Assembly (NCBI GenBank): GCA_965199675.1
Contig: CBDATI010000044.1
Span: 2,793-66,792, forward strand
DNA from: Vicinamibacterales bacterium
GTDB taxonomy: Bacteria > Acidobacteriota > Vicinamibacteria > Vicinamibacterales > UBA8438
Direction of reading: 5' to 3'
Length of the DNA: 64,000 nucleotides
In this document: piece after piece, positions 57,338-64,000 of the stretch
How positions within the stretch are numbered: position 1 is the first letter of the stretch
How the letters are laid out: each line of letters starts with the position of its first letter
Notes under the pieces: model-generated
What the model was told of the DNA's origin: nothing
Database searches by the model: none
The model's input: the letters and a program-made list of their open reading frames with translations, nothing else
Translations under genes and position numbers: made by a program

Positions 57338-58753
57338 CTATTGCCGCTGCCAACGTGTCCCCGTCGGCGTGTCCTCCAGTACGATGCCCCGGCCGGCGAG
57401 GTGGTCGCGGATGCCGTCGGCGGCGACGAAGTCGCGGCGCGCCCGGGCCGCCTTCCGCTCGGCAATCAACCGCTCGATCTCCTCGACCGGGACGTCGGCG
57501 AGCGTCTCCTCCGCCCGGCGCAGGGCGATGACCCCCAGCACCCGGTCGAAACCGTCGAAAGCGGCCATGGCGAGCCCCGCGTCGGGCTCGCCGAGCCCGC
57601 CGTCGTCGATCGCGGTGTTGAGATAGCGCACCAGCTCGAACATCACGCCGAGGCCGCCCGGCACGTTCATGTCGTCGGCCAGCCGGTCGTCGAAGTCGCG
57701 CCGCGCCGCCTCGACCCGCGCCGCCGCCGCGGGATGCGCGTCACCACCACGGATGGCTGCGAGCCGGGCGAGACACGCCATGACCCGCTTCAGCGCCTCC
57801 TCGGCCTGATCGAGCCCGCCCCACGTGAACCGCAGTTGCTTCCGGTAGTGGACCGACAGCAGCGCATAACGCAGGGCCGAGGCCCGGTATCCCCGCTCGA
57901 GCACGTCGGGCACCGTGAAGACGTTGCCCAGCGACTTCGACATCTTGGCGCCCTCATCGAGCAGCAGGTGCTCGACGTGGACCCAGAACCGCGAGAAGGG
58001 CTGGCGGGTGGCTCCTTCCGCCTGGGCGATCTCGTTCTCGTGATGCGGAAACACGAGGTCGACCCCCCCGGCGTGGATGTCGATGGGCGACCCGTCGAGG
58101 AGACGATGGGCCATCGCCGAGCACTCGATGTGCCACCCGGGACGCCCCGGGCCCACCCCGAAGTCCCACGTCGGCTCGTCCGGCCCGGTCGCCTTCCAGA
58201 GCACGAAGTCGCGCGCGTCGTCCTTGTCGTAACGATCCGAGTCGATGCGCGCCCCCGGCTTGATCCCATCGTGATCGAGCCTGGCCAGCTTGCCGTAATC
58301 GGGCAGGCTCGCGATGCGGAAGTAGACGGACCCGTCGCGCCGGTAGGTGTGCCCGTTGGCCTCCAGGGCCTGGATCATCTCGACCATCGAGCGCAGGTTC
58401 GCCTCTTCGGTCGCTCGGGGGTACGCCTCGACGGGCTCCAAACCCAGCGACGCGGAGTCCTCACGGAACGCGGCGATGAACCGGTCGGTGTACTCGCGCA
58501 GCGGCACCTGCGCGGTCCTCGACTCGACGATGGTCCGATCGTCCACGTCGGTGAAGTTCATCACCTGCCGGACGTCGAACCCGGCCACGTGCTTCAGCGT
58601 CCGCCGCAGCACATCGAGGGCCACGAAAGTGCGGAAGTTGCCGATGTGTCCGCGCGCGTAGACGGTGAGACCGCACGTGTACATGCGCACCGTCCCGCCG
58701 CGCGACGGCCTGAACGGCTCTTCCCGGCGTGTCAGGGTGTTGTATAGACGCAT
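57338..58753 (-). CDS. cysS: Cysteinyl-tRNA synthetase
   Basis: MRLYNTLTR, CGLTVY...HIGN, DFVLWK, GRPGWHIECSAM, KMSKSLGN. Confidence 0.96.
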   Translation of the reverse strand: MRLYNTLTRREEPFRPSRGGTVRMYTCGLTVYARGHIGNFRTFVALDVLRRTLKHVAGFDVRQVMNFTDVDDRTIVESRTAQVPLREYTDRFIAAFREDSASLGLEPVEAYPRATEEANLRSMVEMIQALEANGHTYRRDGSVYFRIASLPDYGKLARLDHDGIKPGARIDSDRYDKDDARDFVLWKATGPDEPTWDFGVGPGRPGWHIECSAMAHRLLDGSPIDIHAGGVDLVFPHHENEIAQAEGATRQPFSRFWVHVEHLLLDEGAKMSKSLGNVFTVPDVLERGYRASALRYALLSVHYRKQLRFTWGGLDQAEEALKRVMACLARLAAIRGGDAHPAAAARVEAARRDFDDRLADDMNVPGGLGVMFELVRYLNTAIDDGGLGEPDAGLAMAAFDGFDRVLGVIALRRAEETLADVPVEEIERLIAERKAARARRDFVAADGIRDHLAGRGIVLEDTPTGTRWQRQ

Positions 58754-58899
58754 CCGCCTCGGGCGCGGAAACCCCGGCCCGGCAACCGTCGCCCCGAGGC
58801 TCCGGTTCAGCCGACGTTCCGTGATTCTGCGCAGATTCGCGGCCCGGAGAGCGCCGCCGCGGCTCCGCTCCGGCCAATCCTGCAGGAGTCCGCACCGTT

Positions 58900-59364
58900 C
58901 TACGGCGCAGACTCCTGCGAAACCTCCGGCAGGGTCCTCGTCAACTCGCAGAAGTCGACCCCGTCGCCGGGTCCGCGCCCCAGGACGACCGTGCGCATCG
59001 AGCGCCGCAACTGCTCGATGGGCACGCCGTCGGGACCGGATCGGGACAGGAGCCGCTCGATGGCCGACGCGCCGGCGCGCGACCCGGAGGCGCCGAGGTA
59101 ACGGATGAGGACCCGCATGTTGCGCCCGCTCGCCGCCATGTGCAGCTCGACGTGCGTATAGGCGGCGCCGCCGGACTCGAACACCCTCAGCACCGCCTGC
59201 TCGATCGCGCCGACGACTTCGTCTCGATGCGGGATCCGGTAGCCGAGGTAGTCGGCCGTCTGCTCGGCGAGCTGACGTACCATCGGGAGGTACCGCGCCT
59301 CGCACGGCAACGTCACGTTCAGGCCGATGGACGTCGTCGAGTCCGGGCGCCCCGTGTCTCCCAT
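58900..59364 (-). CDS. Hypothetical protein, degenerate RsbW/anti-sigma HATPase-like
   Basis: LNVTLPCEARYLPMVRQLAEQTADYLGY resembles the RsbW N-terminus; the N-box Asn and D/G boxes are not evident. Confidence 0.5.
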   Translation of the reverse strand: MGDTGRPDSTTSIGLNVTLPCEARYLPMVRQLAEQTADYLGYRIPHRDEVVGAIEQAVLRVFESGGAAYTHVELHMAASGRNMRVLIRYLGASGSRAGASAIERLLSRSGPDGVPIEQLRRSMRTVVLGRGPGDGVDFCELTRTLPEVSQESAP

Positions 59365-59377
59365 GCCTGTGGCGATC

Positions 59378-60349
59378 TTACAGTGAAATCCGCCGGAACA
59401 GCCCGCGGGCCTCGTCGCAGTCGCGGGCGATCTGCGCCCGCAGGGCGTCGCGGTCGGGGAAGGCCCGCTCCTCGCGCAGCCGCTGAATGAACGCGACCCG
59501 GACATCGAGCCCGTAGAGGTCGCGGTCGACGTCGAACAGGTGCGATTCGACCACCGGCCCGTCCGGTGCGCCCCTGAACGTCGGCCGGACCCCGACGTTG
59601 GTCACGGCGGCGTGGATGTCTCCGTCGATCACCACCGCGGTGGCGTACACGCCGTTGGGGGGAAACAGGGTGTTCCCGGTCTCGAGGTTCGCGGTGGGAT
59701 AGCCGATGCTCCGACCGCGGCCGGCGCCCCGCGTGACGGTGCCCTCGAGCGCGTAGTGGTGTCCCAGCAGGGCGCCGGCCTCGTCGACCCGGCCCTCGGC
59801 GACCAGGCGCCGGACCCGCGTGCTGCTGACGACGAAGTCGCGGTAGCGCACCGGATCGATCTTCTCGGCCCGGAACCCGCAGCGGGCGCCCAGCGATCGC
59901 AACAGGGAGAAATTGCCGGCCCGATCGTGACCGAAGAGGAAGTTCGCCCCCACCCACACCTCGGCCACGTGCAGCCACTCCACCAGCACCGTGTGGACGA
60001 AGGTCTCCGGCGCCCAGCGCGACAGCTCGGGCGTGAAGCGCACCACCGCGATGCCTTCCATCCCCGCCTCGGCCAGGGCCGCGAGCTTCTGCGGACCGGT
60101 CATCAGCAGCGGCGGCGCCTTGCCGGGTCGGAGCACGCGGGACGGGTGGGGATCGAACGTGAGCGCGGCGGCGGTCGCCCCCTGCTCGTCGGCCCGGCGC
60201 CGCACGTGCTGGATGATCTTGGCGTGCCCGCGGTGGACGCCGTCGAAGTTGCCGAGAGCCAGCACCGGCCGGCGCCAGCCCGACGCGCCCCGGTCGTCCG
60301 GAAAGTGAATGATCCGCGCCCGGTCCCGCGGAGGAGTCTCGTACGGCAT
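59378..60349 (-). CDS. ribF: Bifunctional riboflavin kinase/FAD synthetase
   Basis: LGNFDGVHRGH, TFDPHP, VGANFLFG, VSSTRVR, IGYPTANL, NVGVRPT; start uncertain. Confidence 0.95.
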   Translation of the reverse strand: MPYETPPRDRARIIHFPDDRGASGWRRPVLALGNFDGVHRGHAKIIQHVRRRADEQGATAAALTFDPHPSRVLRPGKAPPLLMTGPQKLAALAEAGMEGIAVVRFTPELSRWAPETFVHTVLVEWLHVAEVWVGANFLFGHDRAGNFSLLRSLGARCGFRAEKIDPVRYRDFVVSSTRVRRLVAEGRVDEAGALLGHHYALEGTVTRGAGRGRSIGYPTANLETGNTLFPPNGVYATAVVIDGDIHAAVTNVGVRPTFRGAPDGPVVESHLFDVDRDLYGLDVRVAFIQRLREERAFPDRDALRAQIARDCDEARGLFRRISL

Positions 60350-60467
60350 CGGCCAGCCCGTGATCATACGCCAGTCGCCGGCGAGCCCTCGCCCGCCAAG
60401 CCCGCCAAATCGTCGCCTCCGGCGCCGCTCGGCGCCCAACCGACCCTCCCGCCGAGTCCACCCCGCT

Positions 60468-61247
60468 CTAAGGCGCAGACTCGCGCACGTCGATGACGAG
60501 CCCGTCGTGGGCCAGGGTCACGCCGGCCGGCAGGGTTGCGCAGGTCTCCGCGTGGGGCAGGTCGTGGCACATGTGGGTAAAGTAGGTCCTCTCGGCCCCG
60601 ATGCGCGCGGCCGTCTCCACCGCCTGGCTCAGCGTCAGGTGGGTCGGGTGGGGGCGGTGGCGGAGGGCGTCGAGCACCAGGACCGACAGGCCCTCGAGCA
60701 GCGGCCACGAGCCCTCCGGAATCTCGCTGCAGTCCGTCAGGTACGCGAAGTCGTCCACGCGGTAGCCGAGAACGGGACGCGTGCCGTGGAGGAGGGGGAC
60801 CGGAACGACCCGGGCCCGCCCCAGCGAGAAACGGCCCGTGACTTCCACCAGCCGGAGCTGGGGCAGCCCGCCGCCCCGGGGTGCGGCCGGGTCCCAGACG
60901 TAGGAGAAGACCCGGCGGAGGGCGGCGAGGGTCGAGGCGTCGCCCAGACAAGGAATCGTCGTCCCCTGGCGGAAGTTGAAGGGACGGACGTCGTCGAGGC
61001 CCATGATGTGGTCGGCGTGCTGGTGCGTGAACAGGATGACGTCGACGCCGGTGACGCCGAACGCCAACGCCTGGGAACGAAAGTCGGGCGTGGTGTCGAC
61101 GACGACGCGGGTCCGGTCGGCCAGCTCGAGATGGACCGACGGCCGCCAGCGGCGGTCTCGCGGATCGTCCGAGCGGCAGGTGGCGCAGTCGCAGCCGACC
61201 ACCGGCACGCCGGCCGAGGTCCCGGTTCCCAGGAACGTGACCCGCAT
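60468..61247 (-). CDS. MBL-fold hydrolase, PhnP-like
   Basis: FLGTGTSAGVP..GCDC..C, THQHADHIMGLDD, YLTDCS, THMCH. Confidence 0.88.
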   Translation of the reverse strand: MRVTFLGTGTSAGVPVVGCDCATCRSDDPRDRRWRPSVHLELADRTRVVVDTTPDFRSQALAFGVTGVDVILFTHQHADHIMGLDDVRPFNFRQGTTIPCLGDASTLAALRRVFSYVWDPAAPRGGGLPQLRLVEVTGRFSLGRARVVPVPLLHGTRPVLGYRVDDFAYLTDCSEIPEGSWPLLEGLSVLVLDALRHRPHPTHLTLSQAVETAARIGAERTYFTHMCHDLPHAETCATLPAGVTLAHDGLVIDVRESAP

Positions 61248-61251
61248 CGCG

Positions 61252-61536
61252 TCAGGAGGAGCTCCGTCGGTTCACCTCGCGACGGACTTCCGCGAAACGC
61301 CTCCGCAGCTCCTGCAGGATGCGGGTCAGGAAGCGCTCCTCGTCGGGGGTCAGGTTGCCGCGCGTCTTCTCCGCCAGCACCGCCATGAGATCGAGCATGT
61401 GGCCTGCCGCGTCCGGGTTGGGGAGGCGCTTGCGGCCCGTGGCGGGTTCGACGACATCGCCGAAGTGGATGGCGGCGGACGTCGCCAGCGACACGACGAG
61501 AGCATTGAAGGAGATCTCCGGCGGCGGGGTGGTCAT
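61252..61536 (-). CDS. DUF1844-family protein
   Basis: ISFNALVVSLATSA...LDLMAVLAEKTRGNLTPDE..FL..IL.ELR. Confidence 0.82.
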   Translation of the reverse strand: MTTPPPEISFNALVVSLATSAAIHFGDVVEPATGRKRLPNPDAAGHMLDLMAVLAEKTRGNLTPDEERFLTRILQELRRRFAEVRREVNRRSSS

Positions 61537-61696
61537 GGTCTTCTCGCAAGAGCCCTGCCGTCGTGAGACGGAGGACTCGCCGGCGCCTTCGCCGGTCTCG
61601 CCGCAGGCCCGGATTCCGAACACGGGCGGCGATGACGAGCGCGGTGAACGCCGCCGCCCGCACCGGCCACGTTGATCGTAGAGTAGAAGCAACGAT

Positions 61697-62770
61697 ATGA
61701 CCAAGGCACAGCCGTCCGACACCCCGCGCCGCGCTCGCCGGGCCTCATCCGCCAGCCCGGGCCGGAGCGACGAGATGGTCGCGGCGCAACCGGCCGACGC
61801 CCGACGAGGTCGCAACGCCGAGCGCGCGGCAGGAAGCAAAGATGCGGCCGGGGCGCCCGTCGCCCCACCCGCCGCCGCCGGCGCGGAGTTCGCGCGGCTC
61901 GTCGAGATCATGCAGACGCTGAGATCGCCCGGCGGCTGCGCCTGGGACCGCGAGCAGACGGTGGCCTCGCTCCGGCCGTTCGTGCTCGAGGAAGCCTACG
62001 AGGTGGTCGAGGCGATGGACCGCGACGACCGCGCCGCCCTGTGCGAGGAGCTCGGCGATCTTCTGCTCGAAGCGGTGTTCGTGGCTCAGATCTGCGCCGA
62101 GGAGGGAGACTTCACCATCGCCGACGCGGCCGAGGCGGTGACCGCCAAGCTCGTCCGGCGGCACCCGCACGTATTCGGCGACGGGGGCGCCGGTGACGCG
62201 ACCGCCTCCGGCGTCGGCCCCGCCGCGGCCGACGGCGACCAGGCGGCCGACGGCCCCGGCGGCCCGGCGCTCTCCGCCGCCGAGGTCAAGCGGCAGTGGG
62301 AGCGCATCAAGCGCGCGGAACGCGCGGGCGCGCCGGGTGGCCGCACCACCCTCCTCGACGGCATCCCCGAAGCGCTGCCGTCGCTGCTGCGGTCGTCGCG
62401 CATCGGCGCCCGCGCCGCCAACGTCGGCTTCGACTGGGACGAGGCAGAGCAGGTCGTCGACAAGGCCGACGAAGAGATCGCCGAGCTGCGCGAGGCCATC
62501 GCCGGGGGCGACCCCGCGCGCATCGAGGAAGAGATGGGCGACCTGCTCTTCACCATCGCCAACGCCGCCCGCAAGCTGCGCATCGATCCCGAGTCGGCCC
62601 TCCGGACCGCCAACGCCAAGTTCACCCGGCGCTTCCGGGCCGTCGAGCAGCGTCTCGAGGCTCGGGGCCGCGCGCTGCACGACGCCTCGCCCGACGAGCT
62701 CGAACGCGAATGGCAGTCGGTGAAGTCGCTGAACGCGAATCACCCGGAGAGAGAGAGCGCCGAACCCTGA
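61697..62770 (+). CDS. mazG: MazG nucleoside triphosphate pyrophosphohydrolase
   Basis: GCAWDREQT, EEAYEV, EELGDLL, KLVRRHPHVF, EEEMGDLLF; start may lie downstream. Confidence 0.93.
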   Translation: MTKAQPSDTPRRARRASSASPGRSDEMVAAQPADARRGRNAERAAGSKDAAGAPVAPPAAAGAEFARLVEIMQTLRSPGGCAWDREQTVASLRPFVLEEAYEVVEAMDRDDRAALCEELGDLLLEAVFVAQICAEEGDFTIADAAEAVTAKLVRRHPHVFGDGGAGDATASGVGPAAADGDQAADGPGGPALSAAEVKRQWERIKRAERAGAPGGRTTLLDGIPEALPSLLRSSRIGARAANVGFDWDEAEQVVDKADEEIAELREAIAGGDPARIEEEMGDLLFTIANAARKLRIDPESALRTANAKFTRRFRAVEQRLEARGRALHDASPDELEREWQSVKSLNANHPERESAEP

Positions 62771-62886
62771 GCAGCGCCGCGGCCGGCGTCCCGGAAACCG
62801 CCACACCCGATACACGCCCGTCTGGCAGCTCATCCGACGGGGAGGAGCTTCGCGGCCGGCGTCCCTGGGAACCGCCACCTCGACCC

Positions 62887-63477
62887 TCAAGACGAGAAGA
62901 CGTCGTCGAGCCGGAGTTCGAGACCGGGAAGCAGCGGCGAGCGGAGCGTCTGTTTCCGGTCGAGGGTGTGGATGGTTGCCACCGCGCCCGCTCGTTGGCG
63001 ATGGACCGCAACGGTCTCGGCCACCGGGTCGACCAGCCAGTACTCCGTCACGCCGCGTCTGCCGTAGAGTTCGCGCTTGTAGCCGCAGTCTCGATCGGCG
63101 GTGGAGGGCGACAGTATCTCGACCGCGAGATCGGGAGCCCCTTGCACGTTATCGCCGCCGCTCAGCAGATGCTCGCGTTCACGCGAGACGAACAGCAGGT
63201 CGGGCTGCACGACGTCGGTGTTGGACAGCACCACGTCGCAGGGTGCGAAGAAGAGCTCGCCGAGTGCGTGTTCGACGATGAAGTTGCCCAGTATTCGCCC
63301 CAGGTGCCACTGGACCCTCTGGTGCTTCAGATTGGGGGCGGGGACCATCACCAGATCACCGTCCAGCAGCTCGTAGCGTTCGTCGGGCGGCGTGGTGAGA
63401 TAGTCCTCGAAGGTGTACTTGACGGCGGGTTGCGTGGTGGCCACGTCGGTGCTGCTCCCGGTGCTCGGTAGACTCAT
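62887..63477 (-). CDS. Uma2-family endonuclease
   Basis: YELLDG, APNLKHQ, VQPDLLFV, GAPDLAVEILSPST, EYWLVDP. Confidence 0.9.
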   Translation of the reverse strand: MSLPSTGSSTDVATTQPAVKYTFEDYLTTPPDERYELLDGDLVMVPAPNLKHQRVQWHLGRILGNFIVEHALGELFFAPCDVVLSNTDVVQPDLLFVSREREHLLSGGDNVQGAPDLAVEILSPSTADRDCGYKRELYGRRGVTEYWLVDPVAETVAVHRQRAGAVATIHTLDRKQTLRSPLLPGLELRLDDVFSS

Positions 63478-63503
63478 CCTAACCCGCTTCGACCGGCCCG
63501 CGA

Positions 63504-63706
63504 AGCCTGCAGGGGCCGGCTTCTTCGGCGATTCCGAGACTGATCGGGGGGCTGATCGACCTCTGGGGGCATCTGATCCACCCCTGGCAGCATCTGACCG
63601 ACCTCTGGGTGGCCACATGCACACCGGCGGCGCCCGTCGGCTCAATCGCTCATCGTCCGGCTGCCTGAGCCGGCTGGCTCAGCGAACAGACTTCTTCCAC
63701 GGGCTG
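63504..63706 (+). mobile_element. Solitary diverged end of an IS1182-type element
   Basis: AGCCTGCAGGGGC...TTCGGCGATT...CCTCTGGGGGC...GCTCAGCGAACAGACTTCTTCCACGGGCTG aligns by eye to the reverse complement of about 3171-3355. Confidence 0.75.
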
Positions 63707-64000
63707 TCGATCCGGTTGAGCCGGGCACGCGGTTTCCATATGATGATCTCTGGGGAGATATGGTAGCGGAACGGTCACCGAGATCTTCCGCATTCACAAG
63801 AACGACCGATGGGCGCGAGCTCCACAAGATGCATGGCCGCGGTGTTCGCGGCCGCCGCCATCTCGATGCCGCCAGTTGCGTCCTGCAGAGCCGAGGGGCA
63901 GTCCGCGCGACCGCGTGTCGACTTCAACGAGTCGGCTGAACGGGCGCGAACCCTCCAACGGGACACCTCGCCGTTCTCGAGCCTGCGGAGCAAGCCATTC

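Noticed and set aside
63478-63645. N-terminal extension of the Uma2 ORF
   Set aside because: Derived from the IS-end remnant.

Overview
High-GC bacterial chromosomal window. The gene set (many exported PQQ, heme-c and beta-propeller proteins, DUF1552/DUF1592, DUF6152, Uma2 nucleases, several toxin-antitoxin loci, a secreted ankyrin protein) resembles Acidobacteriota/Vicinamibacteria, possibly a sponge symbiont; this assignment is inference only. Bases 1-4.8 kb are a decaying defence/mobile patch: hicA, a type III mod gene cut by an IS1634-like end, a frameshifted HsdR_N-type nuclease with two SeqA-like domains, and an intact 1500-bp IS1182-family element (CTAA duplication) splitting a small membrane-protein gene. 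Bases 5-55 kb are mostly exported redox and uncharacterised proteins. The main candidate for a new system is a two-gene cassette present twice (22.7-25.1 kb, 46.3-48.6 kb): an exported heme-c protein fused to a PHM/DBH-like two-copper monooxygenase, followed by a conserved Ig-like partner. Also notable are a beta-propeller/diheme/Rieske operon, an operon of DUF6152 plus two 'PRTPWGDPDLQG'-family genes, and repeated duplications of gene 3' ends. Bases 55-64 kb are housekeeping-like (MFS, tRNA-Cys, tRNA-Gly, yraN, cysS, ribF, MBL hydrolase, DUF1844, mazG), ending with Uma2 and a solitary IS1182-type end. All family calls are by-eye motif recognition; no searches were run.
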